A stretch of 64,000 nucleotides of DNA, taken from assembly GCA_963822655.1 (NCBI GenBank), contig CAWGIJ010000008.1:9337-73336 (forward strand), read 5' to 3'. The stretch is from an uncultured Actinomycetota bacterium (GTDB taxonomy: Bacteria; Actinomycetota; Actinomycetes; Mycobacteriales; Mycobacteriaceae). The notes under the pieces were generated by a model. That model was not told where the DNA came from. It ran no database searches and saw nothing but the letters and a program-made list of their open reading frames with translations. This document shows positions 1-9,568 of the stretch, in pieces; the stretch's first letter is position 1; each line of letters starts with the position of its first letter. The position numbers and the translations under genes are program-made.

Positions 1-396
1 CGGTCCTGAGCGCGGCCGGCGTCACGGGCCGGGAATGCAACGTGCTGCATGCCGCGTCGGGGGCGATCCCGCGCGACTACATCGCCGCGCACCCGCGACT
101 ACGACGACGAGGAATGGCAGTCCCAGCGAACAACAGCTGGCGGCGCGCGGCCTGCTCGGCGACGACGGATCGCTGACCGCGGCCGGTCGGGAACTCAAGG
201 ACCACATCGAGATCGACCACCGACGCGCTGTCGCTGTCGGTGCTCGACGTGCTGAGCGACGACGAGGTGGAGACGCTGTTTCAGGCGCTTGACGCCGATC
301 ACCCGGGTCGTGGTCGGAGGCGGCGATGTTCCCGCGAAGACGCCGATGGCGCTGCGTCGCAACGAATTAGACGACAGCAGCGCGCATTTGGTTTAG
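1..396 (+). pseudogene. Fragmented conserved hypothetical protein (5' end outside window)
   Basis: A protein-like peptide can only be followed by hopping frames: VLSAAGVTGRECNVLHAASGAIPRDYIAAH -> RDYDDEEWQSQR -> EQQLAARGLLGDDGSLTAAGRELKDHIE -> LSLSVLDVLSDDEVETLFQAL -> LTPITRVVVGGGDVPAKTPMALRRNELDDSSAHLV, stop TAG 394-396. At least 4 frame changes in under 400 nt. Family not recognised. Confidence 0.4.
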
Positions 397-747
397 CGGG
401 CCAGCGGCTTGTAGAAGACGATCCCGTTGCCCTTGTTGTCGTAGACCACCGCACGGCGCTCGTGGGCGTCGTCGTAGGGGCCCTTCACGATGCCGCCGCC
501 GCTGTCCTCGACGGCCTTGGCCGCGGCGTCGACGTCATCGGTCTTGATGCCGACGACGACCTGCCCGGGAATGGGATGGTCGACCGCGGTCGCCAGCGCG
601 AGCGTGACCGGCCCGCCGTCGAGGGCGGCGAAGTGGGCGCCGTCGCGGAACTTCAGCGCACATGCCCAGGGTCTCGCTGTAGAACCGGATCGACTCGTCC
701 AGGTCGTCGGTCGACAGGATGACCATCTTGACTTCCTGCTCGCTCAT
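393..747 (-). pseudogene. Glyoxalase/VOC-family protein, one frameshift near 655-665
   Basis: ATG at 747 gives MSEQEVKMVILSTDDLDESIRFYSETLGM. The sequence then continues in another frame as ALKFRDGAHFAALDGGPVTLALATAVDHPIPGQVVVGIKTDDVDAAAKAVEDSGGGIVKGPYDDAHERRAVVYDNKGNGIVFYKPLAR, stop 393-395. Confidence 0.65.
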
Positions 748-802
748 TGGTCGATCACGTTGCCAGGCTAGCCAGCTTTGGCGCGTTGGCCGATACTCAA
801 AG

Positions 803-1201
803 ATGCTCGGTCACCTCGGAATCAATGTCCCCGACCTCGCGGCGGCGAAGCGCTACTACGACGCCCTGATGCCGCTGGTCGGCTTCGAGACCTTCTTCGC
901 CACCGACGACGAGTTCTCCTACAAGCCTGCCGACAACAAGCCGGGCACCTTCCTCTTCTTCTACCCGACCGCGATCGCCGGCCCGTACTCGCCGGAACAG
1001 ACCGGCCTGCAACACCTCGCGTTCATGGTTCGCCGCCGATCCGTCGTCGATCAGGTCCACGACCATGTGGTTGCCGCGGGCGGTAGCGTCATCCATGCGC
1101 CGCAACACTTTCCGCAGTACCCCGGTCACTACTACGCGACGTTCTGGCTCGATCCGTTCGGCATCAAGCTGGAGGCGGTATGTCACTACGACCGGGACTA
1201 G
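803..1201 (+). CDS. VOC (glyoxalase/bleomycin-resistance/dioxygenase) family protein
   Basis: Intact ORF starting at ATG 803: MLGHLGINVPDLAAAKRYYDALMPLVGFETFF...GLQHLAFMV...YYATFWLDPFGIKLEAVCH. This is the typical VOC-fold pattern. Confidence 0.8.
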   Translation: MLGHLGINVPDLAAAKRYYDALMPLVGFETFFATDDEFSYKPADNKPGTFLFFYPTAIAGPYSPEQTGLQHLAFMVRRRSVVDQVHDHVVAAGGSVIHAPQHFPQYPGHYYATFWLDPFGIKLEAVCHYDRD

Positions 1202-1774
1202 GCGCAGCCGTCGCCTGGACTGTCGGCGGGGTTGAGCTATCTGATCCTGGAAGCTGTTGCGGCTGCGGCTTTTCCGCACTACAGCTACGCGCGAAACTTC
1301 ATCAGCGATCTCGGTGTCCGCGGCATCCCCGCGGGCCTGGGTGATGAACACTGCGTTCTGCGTTCAGGGCACGCTGTTTTTCGTTGCCGCTGTGCTTGCC
1401 GTTCGCGCTTTCGAAACCCGCAGGGCGCGGCTGTTTCTCGGGCTTGCTGCCGCGAACATGGCCGGAAACCTGCTGATCGCGGTGTTCCACAGCGGGCCCT
1501 CCCCCACGGCATGGGTACATGCCACCGGCGCGGTGCTGGCGATCGTGGGAGGCAACGCGGCGATCCTTGCCGGATCGTCAGTGATCGGCGGATGGCATCG
1601 CGCGCGTGTCGGTGGCTCTGGGCGTGTTCGGCCTGCTCAGCTTCGTGTTTTTCGTGATCGCATTGAGAGAACGAGACGCCGCCCGCGGTGTGGGAGCGAT
1701 GCAGCGTCTACTCGATCACCGCGTGGGAGTTATTCACCGGCGTGTGGGTGCTCAGCCGGCCGCCCACTCCTTAG
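1180..1774 (+). pseudogene. DUF998-type integral membrane protein, at least 4 frameshifts
   Basis: GGAGG at 1171-1175 precedes ATG 1180 (MSLRPGLGAAVAWTVGGV). The hydrophobic protein then continues through frame changes: LSYLILEAVAAAAFPHYSYARNFISDLGV / SPRAWVMNTAFCVQGTLFFVAAVLAVRAFE...AILAGSSVIGGWHRA / VSVALGVFGLLSFVFFVIALRERD / YSITAWELFTGVWVLSRPPTP, stop 1772-1774. Confidence 0.55.
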
Positions 1775-2120
1775 CCTTATCGAGCTCGTCGAGCTTGAAG
1801 ACGGCGAGCTCACCGGGAATCAGCCACGCCAACGCATGCAGGGTAAGGGCAACCCACTGCTCATCGGACACCACCGCAATGCGTTTGAAGGCCGAATGAT
1901 GCGGCCAGACGGTGGTGAAGGCCAGCTTCAGATCCTCCAGCAGTCCGCCGGGCCCGAAGCCCTCGTAGTCAGGCGCGATGACTTCGACGATCCTGATCTC
2001 GTCGGTATTCATCATCTCCTCGATGGTGGGCTTGACCTCGCGGATCTCGTCGCCGCCCAGTCGGCCCGACACGCGAACGCCGGTCACTCCCTCGGGCATA
2101 TCCGGCAGTAGCTCGATCAT
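1752..2120 (-). CDS. STAS/SpoIIAA-like (DUF3478-type) small protein
   Basis: Intact ORF. ATG at 2120 is preceded by GGAAGGA: MIELLPDMPEGVTGVRVSGRLGGDEIREVKPTIEEMM...FKRIAVVSDEQWVALTLHALAWLIPGELAVFKLDELDKAKEWAAG. The 3' end overlaps the DUF998 remnant convergently. Confidence 0.65.
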   Translation of the reverse strand: MIELLPDMPEGVTGVRVSGRLGGDEIREVKPTIEEMMNTDEIRIVEVIAPDYEGFGPGGLLEDLKLAFTTVWPHHSAFKRIAVVSDEQWVALTLHALAWLIPGELAVFKLDELDKAKEWAAG

Positions 2121-2278
2121 GCTTTTCCTTCCTAAACCCCGTTCGCGATCATGCCCTAAGTCATGGACGAGCACACACTCTGCTCAATCCCGGTTCTAGT
2201 TACGCGATCTTCAGCGCTTCGACAGTAATCTTGTCCCCAAGACAGCGCCGCTTTTCGGCGGGACGATCCATCGGAGGA

Positions 2279-3036
2279 ATGATGACCACCGCGCCCAATC
2301 CCGTTTCCCCCCAACGCGAACCGGAATTACTGGGACAGACCGTCGTCCTGATCGGCGGCAGCGCGGGCATCGGGCTGGAGACAGCGCGACGTGCACGGTC
2401 CGAGGGAGCCAACGTCATCATCACCGGCCGCAATCGCGACCGGCTCACCCAGGCGGCGAGCGACGTTGGTGCGCAACGAACCGCGGCTTTCGACGCCACC
2501 GACGAGGCTTCCCTGGAGAGGTTCTTCCAGACCTGCCCACGCCGATCGACCACGTGATGGTCACGGCCGGCGGCCCGCGCTACGGCCCGCTGCTCGAGAT
2601 GGAGTCAGCCGAGGTGCGCGGCGTTCTCAGCGACCACGTGGTGCTGTATCTCGCGGTGGCGCGCGCCGCCGCAAACAACATGAAAGTCGGTGGCTCGCTG
2701 GTGTTCATGGGCGGCACCGGCGGCCGGCGCATCAGCAAAGACCTCGGAATTGTTTCGGCGGCCACTGCGGCCCTGCCGCCGTTCACGGCGGCGCTCGCAC
2801 TTGAGCTCGCGCCGATCCGGGTGAACCTCATTGCTGCCGGCTTCGTGGACACGCCGCTGTCGGCGTCGCTGCTGGGGGATCAACTCGAGCAACGCCGGAG
2901 CACGCTGCGGGCCACGCTGCCGATCGGTCGCGTCGTGGGTCCCGCCGATGTCGCGGCGCTCGCTGTACACCTCATGATCAACACCGCGCTCACCGGTGCG
3001 ACGTACGACATCGACGGCGGGCAGCAGTTCGTCTGA
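2279..3036 (+). pseudogene. Short-chain dehydrogenase/reductase (SDR), single frameshift near 2533
   Basis: GGAGGA precedes ATG 2279. Cofactor motif VVLIGGSAGIGLETARRA is present. The ORF stops after ...LERFFQT, and the protein resumes in another frame as LPTPIDHVMVTAGGPRYGPLLEM...LAPIRVNLIAAGFVDTP...TGATYDIDGGQQFV. Confidence 0.8.
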
Positions 3037-3335
3037 GACACGTTGCCAGCGGTGATCGTTGACCAGGATTTCGATCGATACCCGCTTTACTGTTGCTTTG
3101 CTGCGTAGGCGTAGGGTCACAGTACGGATCCACGGCAGACCAAGGTCGGACCGGAAGAGAAGATTCCTCCTCTCGGCTGTGGCGCTGAGCACGAGCACTA
3201 GGCACCCACGCGAAGTAAAGCCCATCAACTGGGCAAGCGCGGTGGGCTTGCGTCAGGCGAGGAACTCTCTCCTCACGCCGAGGCCACATTTCACTGCGCC
3301 ATCATGCAGCTTGGTAACCGAGTGGTCGATGCTTC

Positions 3336-3367
3336 GGACGGCGCTCCTTTCGTTAGGAGCGTCGTCC
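3336..3367 (+). terminator. Strong GC hairpin in a 400-nt non-coding stretch
   Basis: GGACGGCGCTCCT-ttcgtt-AGGAGCGTCGTCC forms a 13-bp stem with one G.U pair when read on the + strand. There is no U-tract and it lies 300 nt downstream of the SDR remnant, so its function is uncertain. Confidence 0.25.
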
Positions 3368-3450
3368 GACTCATATATGCCGAGCTCCCGAGGCCGTCCA
3401 ATCGATGAGAATCCGTGTCCGTTACGCGGCCGATGGTCAAGACTGGACTC

Positions 3451-4294
3451 ATGACAGATGCCGACGCGGACCGGGTCGCGGTGTACCTCGACTTCGACAA
3501 CATCGTGATCTCGCGCTACGACCAGGTCAACGGCCGCAGCTCGTTCCAGAAGGACAAGGCCAAAGGGCCTGGACAAGCACGCCGACCGGCTCGAGCGGGC
3601 CACCGTCGACGTCGGCGCCATCATCGACTTCGCGTCCTCGTTCGGCACGCTGGTACTCACCCGCGCCTACGCCGACTGGTCATCGGAGGTCAACAACACC
3701 TACCGCGAGCAATTGGTCGGCCGCGCAGTCGATTTGGTGCAGCTATTTCCGGCCGCGGCCTACGGCAAGAACGGCGCCGACATCCGGCTGGCCGTCGACG
3801 CGGTCGAGGACATGTTCCGGCTGCCCGATCTGACGCATGTGGTGATCGTGGCCGGCGACTCCGACTACATCGCGCTGGCGCAGCGCTGCAAACGGCTCGG
3901 GCGTTATGTGGTGGGGGTCGGGGTGGCCGGATCGTCGAGTAAGGCGCTGGCGGCGGCCTGCGACGACTTCGTCATCTACGACGCGCTGCCCGGGGTCGAG
4001 GTGCCCAAACCGGCGCCGAAGACCCGCTCGAAGCCCGCCGACGACGAGCCGCCGGCCCCCGACCAGCAGGCCGCGGCCACCGCTCTGCTGAGTCGCGCGT
4101 TACAGATCGGCACCGAAAAGGACGACGTCGACTGGCTGCACAACTCGGCGGTCAAGGCGCAGATGAAGCGGATGGACCCGTCGTTCAGCGAAAAGTCACT
4201 GGGTTTCAAGTCTTTCAGCGACTTCCTGCGATCCCGCTCGGACGTCGTCGAGCTCGACGAGAGTTCGACGACGCGGATGGTCCGGCTGCGCTGA
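3451..4294 (+). pseudogene. NYN (LabA-like) nuclease domain plus OST-HTH/LOTUS domain protein, frameshift near 3568
   Basis: MTDADADRVAVYLDFDNIVISRYDQVNGRSSFQKDKAKG, then a frame change into LDKHADRLERATVDVGAIIDFASSFGTLVLTRAYADW...NGADIRLAVDAVEDMF...HVVIVAGDSDYIALAQRCKRLGRYVVGVGV (NYN). The C-terminus LHNSAVKAQMKRMDPSFSEKSLGFKSFSDFLRS is OST-HTH-like. Confidence 0.7.
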
Positions 4295-4336
4295 ATCGCA
4301 GGGTTGAATCACGAAACCGCTGGGTAGCCGCGATAA

Positions 4337-4606
4337 ATGAAATCGAAATATGCCGCTCGACTGGCGGCTCTCGCCGCCGGCATCGGGCTCTCCGCTCTGC
4401 CACTGGGGGTTGCGATCGTGCACGCCGCCCCATCCGATCCTCCCCCGCCGTGTCTCAACTGCGAACCCGGACCAGGCGGTGGGCCGGCGCCGGGCCCGCA
4501 GATGCAGGGGCCGTCCATGAAAGGCCCGAACTTAGAGCCGCCGGGGACCACCGGTGTGCAGCCACCAACCGGCGGCGGCCCGAAGAGCGGGCGCACGGCC
4601 GGATAG
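4337..4606 (+). CDS. Small secreted Pro/Gly-rich protein
   Basis: Signal-peptide-like N-terminus MKSKYAARLAALAAGIGLSALPLGVAIVHA, followed by PPPPCLNCEPGPGGGPAPGPQ... low-complexity sequence. The ORF is intact. Confidence 0.5.
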   Translation: MKSKYAARLAALAAGIGLSALPLGVAIVHAAPSDPPPPCLNCEPGPGGGPAPGPQMQGPSMKGPNLEPPGTTGVQPPTGGGPKSGRTAG

Positions 4607-4622
4607 GTAGCGCGTATTCGGG

Positions 4623-5588
4623 TCAGCTCGTCGGAAGCGTGATCGCGTGGATGCGCAGCGCGGCCATCACGTCCGGCTCCGGCCAGCCCGTCACTCGGTA
4701 GCGCGGCGGAAAGTAGCCGGCCATGGGCTGGATGCCGGTCAGATCGACCACGACCGAGAACGGCACAGCGAAATGGCCGTCGTTGTTGATGAAGAAAAGG
4801 TAGTCGACCTCAGGTAGGTCGTAGATCACGCCCTCGCCCCAGATTGCCGCTGAGCCCATTCCGTGTCCGGTGTCGAGGACTTCGGTGGACGCAACGAAGG
4901 CCTCGATCAGCTCGTCTTCGTATAACTGTCTGAGGAATTCGGCCTGCTCGCTGTATTGTCGGACCGCCGCGCAGGTGCGGGCTTGAATTGCACGGCGCCG
5001 CAACGGATGTGGACCGGCCTTGTCGAAGGGCATGACCAGGCCGGCGCATACCGTGAAGCCCTCGGGTGAGACGTTGCGCTCAGATTCGAGGTACATCTTT
5101 TCTGCCGTGTCGTACAGGCCCGAGGCCTCGTGCGGATCGTCGTAGCCGATGATCAGGGTGTCTTCGTTGGGTATGAAGGCCAGCGGGCGTGGGCCGTCCG
5201 GCTGCGCGAACGAAGCCAGCCATCCCGGGGTCAAGATCGCCGACGCGATGTAGGAGCTCTGGCCTGCATCGAAGAAGACACCTCCGGAGCCCGGCTGGTT
5301 GGCGCTGAGCGGATGCATGCGGGCGACGTTTTCCCGACCAGCGGCGAAGATGTCGGTGTCGGTGACACCCCACATCGTGGTGTTGTCCACGGTGACGATG
5401 AGTCGCACGTCGGGCAGATCGATGGCGACCAGTTCGTGCAAGAAGTTGGTGGCCGGCAGGCGCCACGGGATCGCGTCGCCGGGCTTCAGCAGACTCGCGT
5501 AGGTGGCCGGCCGCAGAATCGACCGCAGCAACGGGCGCACTTCGTCCCAGGTCTGGGGCACATCCGGGCCCCCCTCGTTGGGGCTCAC
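4623..5588 (-). CDS. Conserved hypothetical protein (321 aa)
   Basis: Intact ORF with non-repetitive, protein-like composition. No family recognised by eye. Confidence 0.65.
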   Translation of the reverse strand: MSPNEGGPDVPQTWDEVRPLLRSILRPATYASLLKPGDAIPWRLPATNFLHELVAIDLPDVRLIVTVDNTTMWGVTDTDIFAAGRENVARMHPLSANQPGSGGVFFDAGQSSYIASAILTPGWLASFAQPDGPRPLAFIPNEDTLIIGYDDPHEASGLYDTAEKMYLESERNVSPEGFTVCAGLVMPFDKAGPHPLRRRAIQARTCAAVRQYSEQAEFLRQLYEDELIEAFVASTEVLDTGHGMGSAAIWGEGVIYDLPEVDYLFFINNDGHFAVPFSVVVDLTGIQPMAGYFPPRYRVTGWPEPDVMAALRIHAITLPTS

Positions 5589-5659
5589 CGATGCTCATGT
5601 CCGACAGCCTATGTGCAGCAAATCGAGCCGCAAGTCACCAATTTCGGGCCGAATACCCG

Positions 5660-6601
5660 CTACGCGCGCTGTGCGGAGATGAACCAGTGCGTCGGCGAGG
5701 CCTCTTCGAGGCCTTCGGCTGACGGCCGGCCGTAGCTGGCCATCAGCTCGTCGGACGGCGTCGCGGTCGCATCCCAGCCGTGGCGACGCAACCAATCGCC
5801 GATGTCTTCGCGTTCCTCGAAGTACCACAGCTCGTCGGTCTTGGGGACCTCGAGTTGCGAGCCTGCCTCTGCCATCAACTCCCGGACGCGATCCATCCGT
5901 TCACGCCGCACGTCTCGGAGCTCGGGGACGGCGAACTCAGGTCCCAGCCCCTCGACGGCGATCCGGCTGCCGGGTGCCGTGAGCTCTTGGATGCGCTCGA
6001 ACAGCAGGTCCTGCGCGGCGGCCGGCAGATACATCAGCAGGCCCTCGATCGACCAGACGCTCGGCTGTGACGGGTCAAAACCGGCCTGCTGCAACGCTGT
6101 TGGCCAGTCCTGTCGGAGGTCGACCTTCACCTCGACCCGGTTGGCCTTCGGCTCCGCGCCGTGTTCGTGCAACGTCTGCCGTTTGAAGTCCAGCACGCGG
6201 TCCTGGTCGAGCTCGTAGACCGTGGTGCCGTCGGGCCACGGCAGCCGCCACGACCGGGCGTCCAGGCCGGCGGCCAGGATCACCGCCTGCCGAACACCCG
6301 CGTTGGCGGCGTCGATGAACGCGGTGTCGAAAAACTTTGTCCGGGTGGCGAAGTAGCTCACCAGCGCCCGCATCCGCAGCGGCATGTCGGGTTCGGCCTC
6401 GACGACGGCGGCGGGCAGCTCGGGAGCGCCGTACCAGTCCCACACACCGTGGCCGACGCGGTCGAGGAACACCCGCGCGAACGGGTCGTTGATCAGCGGG
6501 TCGCTGCTTTCGGTGTCGGCTGCCCGCGCCGCCGCCACTCCCAGAGCCGTCGCTCCGACGCTCTCGGTGATTTCCCAGCTGTCGTCATCGGTTCTCGCCA
6601 C
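5660..6601 (-). CDS. Class I SAM-dependent (O-)methyltransferase, mycobacterial multi-paralog family
   Basis: [27 protein letters not shown]...[34 protein letters not shown]...[13 protein letters not shown] is the hallmark of the mycobacterial putative SAM-dependent methyltransferase family. A 313-aa paralog lies at 48821-49762. Confidence 0.9.
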   Translation of the reverse strand: MARTDDDSWEITESVGATALGVAAARAADTESSDPLINDPFARVFLDRVGHGVWDWYGAPELPAAVVEAEPDMPLRMRALVSYFATRTKFFDTAFIDAANAGVRQAVILAAGLDARSWRLPWPDGTTVYELDQDRVLDFKRQTLHEHGAEPKANRVEVKVDLRQDWPTALQQAGFDPSQPSVWSIEGLLMYLPAAAQDLLFERIQELTAPGSRIAVEGLGPEFAVPELRDVRRERMDRVRELMAEAGSQLEVPKTDELWYFEEREDIGDWLRRHGWDATATPSDELMASYGRPSAEGLEEASPTHWFISAQRA

Positions 6602-6795
6602 GACCCGACCCTACGTGAGCCGGTGATGGTCGAGGCGGACGAATGATCGCGGGCTCCGGTTGATTGGCTTAGTCGGCGCTATTTTGCGAGAGCGCGAACG
6701 GTCAGGCAGCCACCAATTGCATACTGAGAGGCCGCTACCGCGGCGACCTGAGTGGCTTCGCCGGGTCTGGGACTTTCGGAGGGATTTCGCAAGCA

Positions 6796-8160
6796 GTGAA
6801 CGATCAACATACAACGTTGCCAAATCCCCATCTGAGCATTTTTCGCCCTTACAGCTTCAACCCCAAGCATGAAGACCAGCTCACGCGCGCCGCGCTGATA
6901 GTTATGAAGCTTGTGGGCCGAGCCCACGATGAATTTCTTGCGCTCGCTAACTGCAGCGCTTTATCGACGCTTCCATCGCCTCGTTACGATCTGCAAACTG
7001 AGGATCTGGTCCCGCCCAACGCCACCGGCACCGCAAGCACGATCAAGAAGCTGGTTAGCGTTTTCCTCACTCCTGACGAACAAGTCCAGGGCTTCGATCA
7101 AGTTGATTCCTCCGATAGGCGTGCTCGCTACGACGGCGTCACCCAGTACGGCTCAGAGCTACTCGTCGTGATTGAGAGCAAGCTCTTCTCGGGCGTGAGC
7201 CACTTCCAGGCACAGAACATCAATCTCAAGGGCGCAAAGTTCAAGAATCGCCGACCGATCTCAATAAGATGGCACGAACTCCTCAACCGCTGGTGGGATC
7301 TAAAGGACACAGCCGATCTGGATCCCGCCGAGTCAGAAATACTAGAAGACTTCTTCGACTACGCCGAGACTAATTTCGGCGACCTCCTTCCATTCACAGA
7401 CCTTGGTCGCTGCGGGGGCAATCGGACGCGGCGGCTGCGCCGGCTGCAGTCAATCTTGTTGGAAGCCACGGGAATTACACCAGAGATCCAAGCCGGCGGA
7501 ACCGACTCTCTGACGGGCCGCACGTACCAGGACGCAGTGAATGTCAAACTCCCCAGCACGGTTGTTACTGCAGCCGACCGCGTCGCAATGTGGATCGAAC
7601 AAGACAGCGTTTGCCTGGCAATGTGGCCATCCGAGCTCTCACAGCAATACCGCCATCTCTACCGCCACCCCAACCGGGTAGAAGCTCTTATCACCCTGGC
7701 TAACCGCCAGGGTTGGGAACTGAATGCGAATTTCCACATTGCCTATCGGTTCGCTCGGCCGTCTCAGCGCTGGTATCCGAAAGTCGCCCTTTCTGGCGCT
7801 CAATACGTTCGGCAGTGGGTCGATGACGTGGCAGGCCACGCAGGTGAGAGGACTCGAGAGACTCTGACTCAGAGTACTTTTCGGAGTTGGATGGTAAGGC
7901 GCGGCTACGCGACTAAGAAGGATATACCGAGCCTAGATGCCTGGTTGAAGACCCGGCCGGCAGGGATAAAGTTCCACATCCGTCCCAGCGTGCAAATCAT
8001 GCGGCGATGGAGACTCAAGTCCGCGATCGCAAAAGATCGAGATGGTCAGCTCGGGGCCCAGGTGAAGATAGCTATCAATCAGATGCTCAAGGCGCTGGAT
8101 GAGCCGGACCTTGACGCCGTATACGAAGGATGGCTTCAGTCCTTGCCATCACAAGCGTGA
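6796..8160 (+). CDS. Orphan hypothetical protein with PD-(D/E)xK nuclease-like motif
   Basis: Intact 454-aa ORF. GTG 6796 lies 12 nt after GGAGGG (6778-6783). The region is visibly more AT-rich than its flanks. The motif RYDGVTQYGSELLVVIESKLF fits D-x(n)-E-x-K, with an upstream HED. Residues from about 200 to 454 match no family I recognise. Confidence 0.7.
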   Translation: MNDQHTTLPNPHLSIFRPYSFNPKHEDQLTRAALIVMKLVGRAHDEFLALANCSALSTLPSPRYDLQTEDLVPPNATGTASTIKKLVSVFLTPDEQVQGFDQVDSSDRRARYDGVTQYGSELLVVIESKLFSGVSHFQAQNINLKGAKFKNRRPISIRWHELLNRWWDLKDTADLDPAESEILEDFFDYAETNFGDLLPFTDLGRCGGNRTRRLRRLQSILLEATGITPEIQAGGTDSLTGRTYQDAVNVKLPSTVVTAADRVAMWIEQDSVCLAMWPSELSQQYRHLYRHPNRVEALITLANRQGWELNANFHIAYRFARPSQRWYPKVALSGAQYVRQWVDDVAGHAGERTRETLTQSTFRSWMVRRGYATKKDIPSLDAWLKTRPAGIKFHIRPSVQIMRRWRLKSAIAKDRDGQLGAQVKIAINQMLKALDEPDLDAVYEGWLQSLPSQA

Positions 8161-8173
8161 GCCGGGGTCTTGA

Positions 8174-8929
8174 GTGAACGCGCGACGGGAAGCCAAAGTC
8201 TCTGTGGAAGCAAACCCTCCGCCAACACCGTCTCGACGGCCGCATATCAACCGGCTCGCGGTGTTCGCCGCGTTCCTGGTGGTGATGTTTTACCTGCTGG
8301 CGGTCAAGCACCTAGTGAATATCGAGGACGTGCGGCACTGGGTGAAGGCGACGGGCCCGCTGGCGCCGTTCACCTACATCGTGTTGTCGGCGGCACTTGG
8401 TGCGATCTTCGTGCCCGGCCCGATCCTGGCGGCGAGCAGCGGGCTGTTGTTCGGCCCGCTGCTGGGTGTGTTCGTGACGCTGGGCGCGACGGTGGGCACC
8501 GCGGTGGTGGCGGCCTTCCTGGGCCGTCGGGCCGGGCGCGACAGCGCGCGGGCGCTGTTGGGCGCCGATCGGGCGGACCGACTTGACGCGCTGATTCAGC
8601 GACGGGGTCTGTGGGCGGTGGTCGGTCAGCGCTTCGTCCCTGGCCTGTCCGACGCGCTGGCCTCGTATGCGTTCGGGGCTTTCGGGGTTCCGTTGTGGCA
8701 GATGGCCGTTGGGGCGTTTATCGGCTCGGTGCCGCGCGCGTTCGTCTACACCGCGTTGGGCGCCTCGATCGGCAACAAGTCGCCCGCGCTGGCCTACACG
8801 GCGATCGGCGTGTGGTGCGTGACTGCCGTGGCGGGGGCCTTCGCGGCGCGGCAGGGGTTTCGGAAGTGGCGCGGGAGTGACGGGCAGGACTCCGTTGAAG
8901 TCCCACCCGTCACACCGCCGAACCAGTAG
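8174..8929 (+). CDS. TVP38/TMEM64 (DedA-related) family membrane protein
   Basis: GTG start. Multi-TM protein with FVPGPILAASSGLLFGPLLGVFVTLGATVGTAVVAAFLGRRAGR and RFVPGLSDALASYAFGAFGV, typical of the family. Confidence 0.8.
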   Translation: MNARREAKVSVEANPPPTPSRRPHINRLAVFAAFLVVMFYLLAVKHLVNIEDVRHWVKATGPLAPFTYIVLSAALGAIFVPGPILAASSGLLFGPLLGVFVTLGATVGTAVVAAFLGRRAGRDSARALLGADRADRLDALIQRRGLWAVVGQRFVPGLSDALASYAFGAFGVPLWQMAVGAFIGSVPRAFVYTALGASIGNKSPALAYTAIGVWCVTAVAGAFAARQGFRKWRGSDGQDSVEVPPVTPPNQ

Positions 8930-8954
8930 GCGATCTGCCCGCCTCTGAGCGAAT

Positions 8955-9506
8955 TCAGGCCTGCTTGAGGGCCTCGATCGCCAGTGTGATCGTCACTTTG
9001 TCACCGACGATGGCGCCGCCGCCGTCGAGCAACTGCTCTCCGCCAACTCCGAAGTCTTTGCGGCTCAGGACAACCGAGGCGTCGAAGCCGGCGACTTCAC
9101 CGTGTCCCATGCCGGGGCTGACGCCGTTGAACGCCAGGGTCAGTGTGACCGGCTTGGTCACGCCCTTGAGGGTGAAGTCTCCGCTGACCACGTAGTCGTC
9201 GCCGTCGGCCCGCACGTCGGTGGAGACGAACGTCGCGGTCGGAAATTGATCGGCGTCGAAAAAGTCGGGGGCTTTGATGTGCGCGTCACGATGTTCGTTG
9301 CCGGTGTCGATGGAATTGATGTCGACCTCGGCGCTGACGGCTGGGGTGCCGTCGTCGCCGATCGTGATGGCACCGCTGAACTGGCCGAATCGGCCGTAGG
9401 TCTTGCCGACGACCAAATGGCGGACGGCGAAATTGACTGACGAGTGGACGGGGTCGATCGCCCATACCCCGGCAGTGAGCTTGTGGGTGTCAACGGCTGC
9501 GGTCAC
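8955..9506 (-). CDS. YceI family (polyisoprenoid-binding) protein
   Basis: WAIDPVHSSVNFAVRHLVVGKTYGRFGQFSGAI...DINSIDTGNEHRDAHIKAPDFFDADQFPTATF...GDFTLKGVTKPVTL. Intact. Confidence 0.9.
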   Translation of the reverse strand: MTAAVDTHKLTAGVWAIDPVHSSVNFAVRHLVVGKTYGRFGQFSGAITIGDDGTPAVSAEVDINSIDTGNEHRDAHIKAPDFFDADQFPTATFVSTDVRADGDDYVVSGDFTLKGVTKPVTLTLAFNGVSPGMGHGEVAGFDASVVLSRKDFGVGGEQLLDGGGAIVGDKVTITLAIEALKQA

Positions 9507-9568
9507 GGTGGGTCTCCTTGAGTTGAGGCTTGGTCACAACACCCAGGCTAACCGGACCGTGGTCCATA

